Origin: Chara braunii
Lineage: Eukaryota; Plantae; Charophyceae
Direction of reading: 5' to 3'
Assembly: GCA_003427395.1 (NCBI GenBank)
Contig: BFEA01000001.1
Span: 12,823,012-12,887,011 of the forward strand
Length of the DNA: 64,000 bases
Shown here: positions 35,174-47,655 of the stretch, one piece after another
How the letters are laid out: each line of letters opens with the position of its first letter
Position numbering within the stretch: position 1 is the first letter of the stretch
The notes under the pieces: generated by a model
Seen by the model: the letters and a program-made list of their open reading frames with translations, nothing else
Told to the model about the DNA's origin: nothing
The model's database searches: none
Translations under genes and position numbers: made by a program

Positions 35174-38100
35174 TTAAGATCTAAGCCACGGGGCGAGAGC
35201 CAGCGAGTCTGAGTGAGTGATGGTTGCGAGCTGGTGGTCTCTAACCCATGTAACCAGGAACCAGTGTCTTCCTCTGTGCGAGCGACCCCTCGCTGCTTTC
35301 CTTATCCAATCAACTCTGATCATGACCCTTAACCAAGCCTTGAACTTCTGTATGATGGCTTCATCACTGGTCCATTGCTGCCGGAAGAGTATGTCGTTCC
35401 GGTCTTCCCATATCATCCAGATGATGATGGATCTGACAGCCTGGGCGACATATCCTCTGCCTATATGTCTGAACCAAGTTGCTGGGATGAAACCGCATAA
35501 CACCCATTCTTCGTTCCAGCTCAGGAGCTCGCCCACGAATTGTTGCCAGTGGTCTTGCCACCATATCCATATTCTGTTGGATGCGGGACATGACCAGATT
35601 AGATGCTGGGTGGTTTCCTCCTGTCTGTTTCCGCATCGTCTACATTTTGTCTCCATTTCCATGCCTCTCTCGAACAGCCAAAATGCACTTGGGATTACCC
35701 CATGTGAAAGTAGCCAAAGAAGTGCTGCAAGCTTCTGCGATGGTAGTGCAGGAATTTGCTTCCACAGTGAGGAGAGCTCCCTTCCTGATATATGGGCATC
35801 CTGGGACCTGCTTCTGTTGAGGTTCGCTGCTACTTTTGCCGGGATGTCACGATCTTTGCTGAGAAGAATGCGGCCTAGGCTTGTAGAGTATTGTGCCAGG
35901 TATCTTCTCTGCCCCGGGAATGGTTCCCAGTGGCTGCCCAGCGGGTCGATCCTCATGGCCCTGAGTGGAAGTCCTTGCTGGAGCAGGACGTGCAGTGTAA
36001 TTGCATTTGTTGTGACCGTATGGACGCGGATTTGTTGAAGACCCTGATGGTTATCAAGCAGCACTTCGCTCTCGAGTTGGAGGATGGCGGGTTCAGCCTG
36101 AGACGAAGGGGTTGACCATTTCTGTGCACGCCAGAGTCTGTCATCCAGCTGATCGAGTACGTGGTAGGCTGATTGAGGCTCCTGATCTTCTGAGCTGCGG
36201 TACCATTCCCCCTCCACTGGATCTGTTGAGGTGAGTAGTGCTTGCCAGTGTTGGGGGATAGTTAGGATCACAAGCTGTCTTCTTTCCTCCACTCGTTGGA
36301 GACCACCCAACTTCCGCTTTAACTCCACCGGAATCCATGCTTGTTGTTGCTCGTTCCAGAGGTCCTCCACCCTGGTCACGCCCTTTTCTGTCCATCTCCG
36401 GCCAAAACTCCCGGGGGCCTATGTTGCTGGGAGGAGTGCGCCTTCGCCATCTGTCAGTGCTGGATTCTCGAACAGATTCTGCCTCAGGACCTCTTCGCGC
36501 GTGACTGGGTCTGTGTGGTTTGGTGGCAGCAAGGCTCTCCACACCGTCCAGCAGGCATTTGCCAATGGGGAGCGCAGTTGCTTGCGTGCGTAAGAGGGCA
36601 TAAAGATGCATCTCCAGATGTCCCGAGTTCTGGAGAGATGCAGTTCCTGCTGCAGTATGTACTCCAGGACAACTACCCATGTGCGACAACCTGCCTGTGT
36701 AGCGGCTCTTAAGAGCCATTTAGCTAGCATAGCTAGATTCTGCGTGCGTGGATCCACAATTCCAAGACCGCCCTGTTGTTTGGGAGCTGAGACCTTGGAC
36801 CAGGAGCACTTCGTGATGAATCCCTATTCTGCTTGGGCCGATGGTTTCCAAAGGTAGCGTGCTGCGTCGCCCGTTAGCTGCTTAACTGCTGGCTTAGATA
36901 GGAGACAAATGGCATCAATGTGCCACAGTTGGGAGAAAACAACCGTTGAGATTAACATGGCTCTCCCCACCAGCGATAGCCCCACCGCCATTCTGCATTT
37001 TTGGAGCGCCGCTTGTGTCCTGGCTCGAAGCAGAGAATCTTGTTTGGGACGTGCGTCCCCCAATGATACCTGCAGTCCAAGGTAGCGCTCTGACAAGTTT
37101 GGGGGTATCCTTTTCATTCCCCAGTCAGCGCCCTCGAGTTCGTAGTTCCCTGGGAGAAAATAGACTGATTTTTCCCAGTTAACTTTGGCCTCTGAAAGTG
37201 TGGTATACTGGTCCAGGAGTGTCTTTGTCGCCGTCGTGGATTCCGGTGTTGCCTCTATAGCTAACAGGAGATCGTCAGCGATAGCACCGGTGAGCAGCTG
37301 CCGACCTTCCCCCAAGTCTAGCCCTTTGATGTTTGGCGTGGCACGCAGAGCATTAAGCAATACTTCCATTTGCAAAGCGAAGAGGAGCGAGGCAAGTGGA
37401 CACCCCTGCGTGTGGGAGCGCGTCAGAGAGAAAATGGGTGAGTGGAATCCGTTGACGCAGACTGTTGCTGATGCGTCGTTGTAGAGTTCCTTGACCCATG
37501 ACTGGAAGGCTGGTCCGAAGCCCATGTGCTTCAGGGTGGCCAGGACGAAGGAGCAGTTCACCCGGTCATAAGCTTTCTCAAGGTCTAGCATGGCGACCAT
37601 TACTTGTCTGTTCTCCCGTTGAGTGATCTCCAAGGCACCGATGGCCATGAGCAGGTTCTCAGCGATAGAGCGTCCCTGCACAAAGGCACCTTGATCGGTG
37701 TGTACTAGATCGGGAAGGTATGGTGCCAGCCTGCGTGCGAGTAGCTTGGAGAGGATCTTGTATGATACGTTGAGACGAGAAATTGGTCACCAATTGCGTA
37801 TGTTGGCTTTGTCTCCCTTCTTGTAGATCAGTGTAACAATGTCGAGTTTCATTTCGTCTGCTTGAACTCCTCCTTCCAAAATATGATTGTAGTGGTTGAG
37901 CAGGATTGGTCCAATATGATCCCAGGTAGCTGCGTAATATTCCACTGGCAGACCGTCTGAACCAGGGCTTTTGCCCTTCGCCATGTGTTTCACCGCTTCC
38001 CACAGCTCTTCGTTGGTGATGGGGCTATCGAGTCGGGCCGCTGCATCTGTGGAGAGTCTTGTCTGCGTGTGTTGCCAGAGGTCCTGCTCATCCTTGAGTT

Positions 38101-39418
38101 GTTGCAGCGTGAGATCTGGCTGTCTGTGCGAAGTGAGTATGTCTTGGAAGTATGTCTGGGCGTATTCTCCCATGGTTTCCGAGTCCTTGGCTGGTGGTGC
38201 TTCTGGAAAGAAGGGATGCGCCAACTCTTTGAGTAGAGCGTGTGGTCTGGGGGGGCAGATTCGTCGAAAGGTCTCCTTGGTCATTCTGTCCCCTGTTATC
38301 ACTCCCTGTTCTCGTGCTCGTTTAGCCTAAACTGTTTGTTGCTCTACTTGGAGGTCCTCCAGCTTCTGCATCCACTGATCCCGCCGGTGTTGCGAGAAGA
38401 GTTCCGTCAGCGGTTCCGCTTCCAACGCTGCCTCAGCTTCCGCAATCATTCTTCTACAGTGCTGCTCCTCCTGCCTAGCTCCTTTGACCTGCATGCGTGA
38501 GAACACGTCCAATTCTTTTGTGACAATGCGGAAGCCGACTTGCAGCCATTCATCTTCAGTGTGGAACCAGGACTTGGTTTGTTGCCAGTCTCTCCAATGA
38601 GAAGCATTTCAGTCAAGGATGTCTTGCGAGTTTAACAGTTCAACGTTGAGCCGGAAAGATCCCGGGCCTCTGGCAATCTGGTTGGCTGCTTCAAAGGTGC
38701 CAGTGACCGGTCTGTGGTCTGAAATATTTTTTATGCTGCAGTCCACTCTGGTTATGGCTTCCCAGGACTCTCCTTTGGCAAGCATGAGGTCCAGTCTCCT
38801 CTTCGGGGGAGGCCTGTTGCCGATCCTTTGGTCTGAGAACCAAGTAAAGCCTGCATCTGTTGGATGCAGAGTTCTGAATGTGTCTGTCAGACCTTGCTGC
38901 TCCATGTAGGCCGCCAGCATGGCTGCGTCAGTCTTCCTGGGGCCAAACTCCGACGAATCTAGTCCAGGAGCCAATGTGAGATTGAAGTCACCTGCAAGGA
39001 GGAGGTTATCTGCAATTGGTACGATTGCCGGAAGCTCCTCGAGGAAGGATCTGCGTTCGGCAAGCTCGGAGGGAGTATAGACTGTCATGATAGTCCAAGT
39101 CTCTGTTCCAAGTCGAAGCCGTATCCAGGCCCATTGGCCCCAGATATCGACTTCTTGCTCCAAGATTTCAGCATTCAGGTTACGATGCAGCAATATAGCG
39201 CAGCCTCCCTTTGTGCCGTTTGCTGGGGCCCAAATTTGCGGACCCTGCCACCAGTTGGCATTATGTCGGATCTTGTCCTCGTCTAACTTGGTTTCCTGTA
39301 GCAGCGCGACTTGGATCTTGTTATCATGTATCCACGTCTTCACCCTCGCTTTCTTGTGTCTGCGTGTGGTGTCTCCAAGCCCCCTCATGTTCCAAGTTGC
39401 GATTTTAAGGCTAGACAT
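35174..39418 (-). pseudogene. LINE ORF2: AP endonuclease, reverse transcriptase, C-terminal zinc finger
   Basis: KIATWNMRGL, LLQETKL, AGDFN, RLDLML, SDHRPV; KSPGSDGL, LDLEKAYDRV, QGCPL, IADDL; CRRC...HLIWSC; several stops and frameshifts. Confidence 0.93.
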
Positions 39419-42064
39419 CAAGGGTGGCTGTGGCGGCTAATGTTTGGGTCCGCTGTTGTTCTTCGGTTTGTTGTCTGCCTGTTCTGGGTCTTCTTTGTGT
39501 GTCTTGGTCGCTGACGGTGTCCCAGGGAGCTAGCAGAAGATCACGGAAACCAGCTGAGGAAGGTTGTTTGTCCGTTGCCAATGAGGAGCAAAAATCTGCT
39601 AGCAACTTGGCGTTGATGTCTTCGGTGAGGTATACCTCCTAGAGTTCTGCTGCTTGCGGAGCTGTGAGCCATGCTGAGGGAAGCCAGACTACTCCCTGCG
39701 TGGCCAGGAGGGCTGTTGTGTCGAGTGAGATCTTGGCATCGAGAACCCCAATTGAAAAATGCCAGCTTCCTCCCGCTGATGCCGCCATCGTTTTACGGCC
39801 GATTCGAATACTCTGGAACCAATCTGAATGGAAATCGGTCGTTGATGAAGGTGGCAGTTACTGCCTTCACTGCGTCCTCGGTGGCTGGAGAGGAGGTTAT
39901 TGCTACTGTTGGGATGGCCAGTGTTCCCTTCTCTGTTCGCCTCGCCATGAACTTGGTGCCTTGCGGCGAAAGAGTGAAACAGAGGAGGACCAGTTGGTGT
40001 CTCACCGTGGCTGCCGTTTCTCTACTGCTTGATGGCTCCTGGCTTGCTGCTGCTATCTGAAGCATCGGAGCAGGGGGAAGTGGGCCTCGCGGAAGCGCCT
40101 GATGTGGCATTGCTGCGCTGGATGCGGGTATGGAAAAGAAGTCGACTTCGGCGTCGTCCTCTTCCCTGGTGGTGAACCCTTCTCCGTCTTCATTGATGCA
40201 TCTCTGTTTGACTGGAGTACGCAACGTGAGTCTTGGATCTCTCATTGTAGCATCTGTTGTCAGCGCCTGTTCAGTTCCCTGTGGGAGGTGCCTATGATCC
40301 TCCTCAGGAAGCCCATATGAAGCCACCTGTAGTGCCAGCTGGGATTGCCCGGCCTGCGTCGTCTGCTGGAGGGATTGAGCCTGTGTGTATGTGTGCGCGT
40401 GGGGATGGTTGCTGTGAGAGGGGATGAACTCAGGGTTGGATCGTATGGAGAAAAGTTGGGGTTGAAAAGGTTGCGAGGGAAGAGTGAGACTGGCTGATGG
40501 GTAATAGGCGTCGGGTGCTGATGTGGCTGGTGGTGGGGGTGGGTGTGCAGGGCGGGTGGCATGAAGTTGAGTGGAAGGGTAAGGGAACGAGGAAGCGGGA
40601 TTGTGTAAGGGTGTTCCTAATTGGAGGGGGGGAGGCTGGGTTGGTCTGGAGTAGGCAACGAGGGGTGGGGATCAGAGGAAGGCAGACTTGTGGTGCGATG
40701 CTGGGAGAGAGGTGGAGGGGGGAAGTCGTGACCCTGGCGGGGGGGTAAGCAGCTATGGATGATGCCCCGGCTTGCCAGAGTGTGCTCTGAGTTGGGGGGG
40801 GCAAGTTGTTGCCATGTGTAGGAGGGGGCGGTAGGGGCTGTGTGTGTGAAATAAAGGGGACGAGAGCTTCATGGGGGTTGTGAACATGCATTGAAGTCGG
40901 GGCTGAGATGGGAGGGAAAGGCCCAGAATGAGGTCGGGCCCACGGATGTTGCGGTGGTTGTGGATGCTGGAATTGGTGTTGCGTGGAGGGGGCTGTTGTG
41001 AGTGCAACTGAAGAATGGTTGGGAGGGGGGGCTGAGACTGGCATTGGTACGTGTGGCTGGGGTTGTGTTAGTGGGGGAGTATGGTGTCTATTGTTACAAG
41101 GTGGGGGGGGAGCCCCTTGCCCGACAAATTGACCTCGCCCTCGCCCTCGCCCTCTGCCTCTGCCCGCACACCTGCCCGGTGGCATTGGCTCATTGAAGCG
41201 TGGTCAATCTGGATCGAACTCATCATGGAACCACCATAGACATTTCCTGCAGAAGAGGGTGTCTTGGTTGGCGAATTGGATCTGAAGGTTCTGACCGGTG
41301 GGCCTGCGCAGTACTATCCACTCTTTAAAATTGTGTTTGACTTGGGGTACGCAGTCGATTTTGACGTTTCCCAGTCTGGGCTCGTCATCCCTTGTGTCTG
41401 GGGGATGCATGACTAAGATTGGACCCATCAGACTCTCGACTACGTTACGGAGCGAGAACATAGCTCCAAGAGGTACCCTGAGTGCTATGATGCGGTACTT
41501 TGCGGCTGCTTCAGCGTCCCTCATCTGGTCAAACTCCTGTTGAGTCATCCAGGGTCGGAAGGTGACTTTCACCGGTCCTTGCCTTGATGGGATGAAGTCG
41601 TGGCCCTTTGCAATCATCCACTGTGCGATTCTGTTTGACCTAGCGACGTAGGACATCACGTTTGGGCCCTCACCATGCGTTCGACGTCTTCTCTGTGAAG
41701 GATTGAAGGCAGGGTTTTGGAACCATGCATCCTCATGGATGCGAATGAACCGTTCTTTTTGCGAGATCGAGAAGGAAGCTGCCCGTGAATCAAACACTAC
41801 GATGACTGTTCGTTCCTTTAGCCATGCTACGGTGGCGGCATCTACCTCCTCGTGTAGGTTGAGGTAGCCTACCCCATCTATGATTTCACCGTCTCCATGT
41901 GAGAAAGATGTTTTGGGGAAGAGACCGTCATCGTAGCAGTTGTCCAAGAGCACTTGAATTCGGGGTAGGTCTCCTTGAGGCATGGTTTGGTGCAGCGGGG
42001 TGGAAGAGTGGACAGGTGGCGGGGGTTGGGATGGGCCCGCCGCGTGCGGGTTGGGATTGTACAT
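39411..42064 (-). pseudogene. LINE ORF1 (nucleic-acid-binding region with Cys/His motif, RG/Pro-rich middle)
   Basis: position upstream of ORF2; CRKCLWWFH motif; RGRGRG repeats; fragmented frames. Confidence 0.7.
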
Positions 42065-43220
42065 GGTAGTATGGTGGTGGAAGGGTGGTCGTGATGGGGT
42101 GAGAGAGGGTGGGTATTTGGATCGGATGTCGGTATAGGTCGACGATCGTCTCAGGTGGTTTGGGTCTTGTGTGTGGGATTGGGTACGATCTCGTGTGTAT
42201 GCCTAGTTGGACGAAATAGGTGTATGTGTGGGTGTTTCTGGTGTGGAAGTGTTGCGATCGTGTAGGAGGGGGAGGGGAAGGGGGTGATGGTAGGAGGCGA
42301 GTCGAGGGTATGGAAGGGCGCTGTGTGTGGAGACGGGTTGCGGTAACGGTTGGGGTGTTTTGATTGTGAGGGTGTTGCGATCGTGGGGGAAGGAAGGGGG
42401 GCGAGGGATGGTGCTGAAGGGTAAATGTTGGGGATGGGAGGAGGTTGCGCTGCTATGGCTAGTAGTAGTGACGGGTGACGGTAGTTCCTGGATGGATTTT
42501 GCCGCAGTTTCGTCCAGCGATCGTTGGAGCGATAGACAAACACAGAATCAACTGGGGCTTCGTGAAATAAGAGCGGGATATGCGAGACGGACGGCTGTGT
42601 GAGACGACGATCGTCTTACGTGGCTTGGGTCGTGTGTATGGGAGGGGGTGCGCTCTCGTGTGCGTGTTTGGTTGGACGAAGTGGGTATGTACGTGGGTAT
42701 TCCTGATTGCGGAAGTGTGCGATCCTGTAGGAGAAAGGGGGAAGGGGGAGAGTGCGAGGAGGCAAGTGGTGAGGATGGGGGGGTACTGTGGTGCGGTGGC
42801 GGGTTAAACCGGGTTAGGGTATTGTGATTGTGACGGGGTTGCGATCGTGAGGGAAGGAGGGGGGGAGGGGGGGGTAATACTAGGCTGTGAGTAGAAGGGG
42901 TGGTAGGATGCTATGCTGCTGTGGCAAGTGAAGTGACGAGTTGCAGCGGCTCCTGCGTGGGCATAGAGATGATTACATTTGGAGATCGTGGGAGAGGTAG
43001 GCTTACACGATCGAAAAGGTAAATGGTATGGAGGGGATGGTGTTGAGATGAGGTAGCGGATTGAACGTATCGGGTGACGTTGTGCCGAGGAGGGGAGTTG
43101 ATGAAGAGATGGGGTAGCGATGTGTACCTGACCGCGATCGTGGGTCGGGCTGCTCCAGATAGATGGGTATTCCTGATTGCGGAGGTGTGCGATCATGTAG
43201 GAGAAAGGGGGGAGTGGAGG

Positions 43221-43980
43221 CATTTTCCGAAAAATGTTTCAAAAGGCTGATCGTCAAAAGAAAACTCCCCCTAGCCCACATAGGACATAGGGCCTCGCCA
43301 CACCTATCCCGAAAACGGGGTTTTCAGGAGGGGAAGCATCGCCACACCTACTCTCCAAACCCATTGTCTTGAAAAAGTTGGAGAGCAGTCAGAACGCGGT
43401 TGGAGAGAGCGCTGCCCCTGAACTTTTCAGGAGTGCCTGCCTACAAAGAGGCCGTTTTGGAGAGTGGTCCGAGGCGAACCTGATTTCGGCCCGAATTTCG
43501 AGAGTGTGCCGCAGCGGACAAGCGTTTTGTGACGTTTGCTTCGAGAGAACTCTCGAACCGAGGCCTCGGTCCACCACTCACCACATGCACAAAGGACAAA
43601 AAATATGGCGGTGTATCTTTCCATGGTCTCGCAGAAGATTCATTCTCATTTTGCACATTTGGTGAGTAGTGGAGCAAGGCCGTTGCACCGCGACACTGTA
43701 CTCTCGAAAAACGTCGTTCTTTTCTGACACAGTGGAGAGCGCCCCCTTCTAGAGCGCAGTGCGGCGATGAGGCCTCTCGAACCGTTTTTCGTGATTTCCC
43801 GAGTTCGAGAGCACTCTCGAACATTTTCCCGTTTTCGGGATAGGTGTGGTGAGGCCCATAGCCACACCACTCTCGAAATGTGAAAAAGACAAAAATGTGG
43901 CAGATGCATCCGTCCATGTTCGAGCGGGACATTCATTCTCATTTGTTTGCACATTTCAAGAGTGGTGTGACTATACCCAT
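43221..43980. repeat. Unclassified repeat with ~28-bp internal inverted repeats
   Basis: gcctcgccacacctatcccgaaaacggg (~43292) versus cccgttttcgggataggtgtggtgaggc (~43828); homologous to 8230-8480 and 22481-22598. Confidence 0.55.
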
Positions 43981-44300
43981 AGACTTTTTTTCTTTTCTTT
44001 TTTTTTCTTTTTTTTTTTTTAGCGAGAAGATTCATTATATAAAAAGAACTAGGACCGAGGCCCGGGACCTCACAATTCAACGCGGGATTACTGACACCAT
44101 CAACCAGCTTAGCTTACAGGCAACTGCCTGCAGAAAGTCCTCTGTACTGACTTTCCAACTAATAAGAGCCTATTCTGATGAAGGTAGCACCCACTTTCCA
44201 TTTGATTCGAAGACCAGTTCTTATGGTCCATTCTATGACAGAGCCACCGAGAATAAGTTAGCAAGCTAACTGCTACTACCCCCCTAACCCCTGGGACTAG

Positions 44301-44724
44301 GGGCGTCGTTAGACACTCCTCGGGGACGTGATTCCAAGGATTTCATCTTCGTTCCACCTGTCCTCGGAGATGAAATCGGAAATGAAAATGTGAAAACACT
44401 CTGAGGACAAATCCTTGGGCTTCGAGGATTTCCCAGCCAAATCGTCCTCGGCTCCAAAGGACCTCGTCCCTTTGGGGCCCGAGGATCCGTGTTTCACGGA
44501 GAGGAGAGGGCATGCACGTAGAGAGACGTTACAACCGAGAAGTCTGATCATGGCGGCACCCTATTGGCTGAAAGCCTGAAGCACAACTTTCTTTCTTTTT
44601 TTTTCCCTTTTTTTTCTGACATTGCTCCGAGGATGAGTCCTAAAATCGATGCTCCGAGGGTGAGTGTAACGAAGACGACATCCTCGGAGCCCGAGGATGC
44701 CCCGAGGAGTGTCTAACGATGCCC
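44301..44724. mobile_element. MITE (~424 bp) with 24-bp TIRs, possibly PIF/Harbinger (Tourist)-like
   Basis: gggcgtcgttagacactcctcggg ... cccgaggagtgtctaacgatgccc; many internal cctcgg/ccgagg motifs; TSD unclear. Confidence 0.75.
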
Positions 44725-44882
44725 AAGGTCGGCCCTGTGGACCGGACCCCACGGTCTGGGTCCTGCTTCTACTGACACTCTCCTACAGGCCCACCGCGGC
44801 CCTAAAGCACCGAGTGTCCTAGTTGAAATGGTAACCCTCAAAAGGTATCTTCCCTCCTATCTATCTCTACTGCCTCTACTCC

Positions 44883-45152
44883 TCACTGCTTTAGTAGCCA
44901 TTTAGTTACAATCAAACCCCTGGTGTTGTGTACCCCTGCCAGGTCGTTACCTATTGCCCATGTCCTGAGGAACCACCACAATTCTCTCCTGGGGGCTTTG
45001 CCTTTTCTCGCCCTCCTACTCCAGTCTACCAAAATGGCCTGTCGAATGCCTCTCTTGATTGCCGTCTTGAGTTCGATATCCGAGAATGGGTGGTGGTCGA
45101 ACCGGGACTTGTTCCTATCTGCCCAAATGACCGAACAGATGACCGCCCGTAC
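44883..45152 (-). pseudogene. LINE ORF2 C-terminal fragment (second subfamily), interrupted by element C; its 3' UTR extends left toward the poly(T) at ~43984-44020
   Basis: AVICSVIWADRN...VDWSRRARKG...WFLRTW resembles the C-terminus of 35174-36379. Confidence 0.75.
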
Positions 45153-46010
45153 TGTGACGCCCAACCTCACGCCCAGCGCGACTTCCTGATCGGAGTGGGA
45201 TGGGGACCCAGAAGTGCGAAAAAGGGGTGTGCCAAGGATTTTAGGAAAGTGGGGGTGGAGTCCCAGGTCGAAACTGAGATCTCCTGTGGCAAGTTTTAGG
45301 GACAATGGTGCAAATGGTACACACGGATCGTATCTGGCATCTCTGCCTTCGGGGAAGGGACTTATGGCCTCTGCCAGTGGCGTCGCCGTGGTTGGTCCCT
45401 TGTCCGGCAGGTCGTGCTGCTGTCGGCGTCGCTTGTAACAAGCTTCGGAATCCGACGGGGCAGACCGTAAGCGGAGGTGGTGCAACCGCCGCTCAGCTTC
45501 GGTTCGAGTTCGGCGGATAATCCTGAAGTTTGGCGTGTCTGGTACTGCTGGCAATCCTCGCACGGTGGGCGGGGCCAATAGCGAGCTATGGAATTCCACG
45601 GTACCACCGTGAGCTGGTGATATGGGAGGAGGAGGTGAAAGGGAGGGAAACTGGTAGTGATAACGACAAAGCCCGGGGATATGTAGTATTGAGTGTTGTC
45701 CATATCTGGGTAGTCTGGGCCCCTCGGGTCGCGGGTTATAGCCCAGTGGAAATCCCCCGCGCACAGTCGGTCGTTTTCCGCCAAACAAGCGAATTTCGGG
45801 TTTCTCAAGTTTCCCCGTCGTCTTAGTTGTTCACCTTCCCAGTACTCGCGGTACTCTGGATCCCTCAGGCTTTCACGATCGGTGATCCAAAAGGGACTTT
45901 CCTTGGCCATATCTGGTTAATGAATTCGATTTCCAGCATCCTTTCAATAAATTATGGGTCGACTCATGCAGACGCACGCGTACGCCTGAGCAGGTTCCCT
46001 AGGTCGCGAT
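45153..46010 (-). mobile_element. Element C: 3'-terminal LTR fragment of a diverged relative of A/B, containing LTR ORF 45910-45362
   Basis: begins tgtgacgcccaacctcacgcccagcgcgacttcctgatcggagtgg, as at 22599; its ORF shares PGFV.ITTSFPPF.LLLPYHQL.VVPW..IA.YWP. Confidence 0.85.
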
Positions 46011-46234
46011 AAAAATCGTGTCTTTTTTTTTTTTTTTTTTTTTTCCAAAACAACCCGATCGTCTGCTAGGGGTGCTGATACAAGCAGACACCACTAGCAG
46101 CGACAGGGAGGCTCCATCTATTGGTGGGGAGCAGCACCTGCTGGAAATCGGGTCCAGCGTCCCTGTATTATACAATGAGTGAAGCAGAGGAAGTCTGAGT
46201 ATGGCATTGTCAGTAATCATGATGGACTGGGGTG

Positions 46235-46593
46235 TGAATGACCCAAAACTGCCATTTCATCAAAATGGACATCTTTTATTTTTTGAATGAAATTGAAACC
46301 GAGTTTCTTGGCCGAAAACTCGTCAAAATTTGTTGTTCCTGAGGGTCCGGCGTTTGTAAAACGCTGGACCCCCTGGCTGTACATGGACCTAACTTGAGAC
46401 CAGGTACCTCCAGGCAGTCCTGCCTGGAGGTGCCGGGTCTCAAGCTAGGTCCATGTACAGCCAGGGGGTCCAGCATTTGTAAAACGCTGGACCCTCAGGA
46501 ACAGCAAATTTTGACGATGTTTCGGCCAAAAAACTCAGTTTCAATTTCGTTCAAAAAATAAAAAAATGTTCATTTTGACGAAATGGTCGTTCA
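46235..46593. mobile_element. Foldback/MITE-like near-perfect palindrome (~170 bp arms)
   Basis: centre ctccaggcag-tc-ctgcctggag; arms remain complementary out to ccatttcatcaaaatggacat / atgttcattttgacgaaatgg. Confidence 0.88.
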
Positions 46594-47655
46594 GCGCTTC
46601 ATCAACTCATTTAGTTGTTTATGTACCGTCTATCTATCATTCTTGTCGTTGCTATAAGCTGTTGTATATATGTAGTGCACACCTAGAGATTTCATCTAGC
46701 AGTGCTGTACGAGTTGCCAATGTTGTTGACAGTCTAATACACATCTAAACACTGTGGGTGCCTGTGCAACTGTCCGAAGTGCCCGTGCAGACCACAGTCC
46801 AATGATAGAAGGTGGCTATGGTTGTTGTTGTTTCAGGTGTAAGATTGGATGTAGCCATGCTTATATAAAAGGAAAGATTAGGTGTAGCTGTGATTGTATA
46901 TAGGGTGACAATGTGGTTATTTGTGTCCCTAGACATTGGACTGTAGGCTACAGGCCCACCTTGTTGTTAATGTTGTTGCAGTCGTGCATGGATAGAAATA
47001 ACTGTATTTGTAAATAGCAGTGCGCCACAGGACCGTGTACATGTTAGGAGTTACACTTATTGTGTTTTCCTGCAACCGACCTGCTTACCCACTGGAGCCT
47101 ATAAAAGACCAGCAGGTAAGGCAGCCACCCATTCCCCCACCCCCTCCCTTCGTTTATTGGACGATGCCCCAGATGGGCTGAGGCTGTGTACAGACCTTGT
47201 CGATCCCAACCCCGACCTCGTGGACACCCTGTGACCGGGCAAGCCAACCAACCATTCCCCCACCCCCACCCCCACCCTTCGTTTAGTGGATGGTGCACCA
47301 GAAGAGAAGAAGTTGTGTGCAGTCTTTGTTGATCCTGACATGGAGACCACTCTTGTGACAAGGGCTCTCCCCGCTCCGTTAGCTTCTCCTTTGACGAACA
47401 CCACTTTGTCTCCCAAGTAGCCCAACTCCCACTCTCTTGCTGATGGATTCCCTTTCAATTGAACCTTGCCAATCCTCTTGGTGTGTCAGTTGTCCTTGAC
47501 CGGCAAAGGGAGGGGTGGGAAGGGGTAGTGTAAGGCGGGAGTGATGGGCGTGGTGATGGGTGAAGCGGCGTGGTCGGGGGGTTGCAAAGGGAAACAGGGC
47601 GGGTGAGGGGCTCAAGGGAGGACATGAGAGGGTAGGCGGGTTGATCATCTAGACT

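Larger units (their letters stand above)
34754..43215 (-). mobile_element. Near full-length degenerate L1-type LINE (5' UTR with internal repeats, ORF1, ORF2, 3' UTR)
   Basis: ORF1 followed by APE-RT-zinc finger ORF2; boundaries approximate. Confidence 0.88.

Noticed and set aside
44883-45788. 301-aa ORF as a real gene
   Set aside because: Chance fusion of an off-frame LTR sequence (element C) with a LINE ORF2 tail across the insertion junction at 45153.
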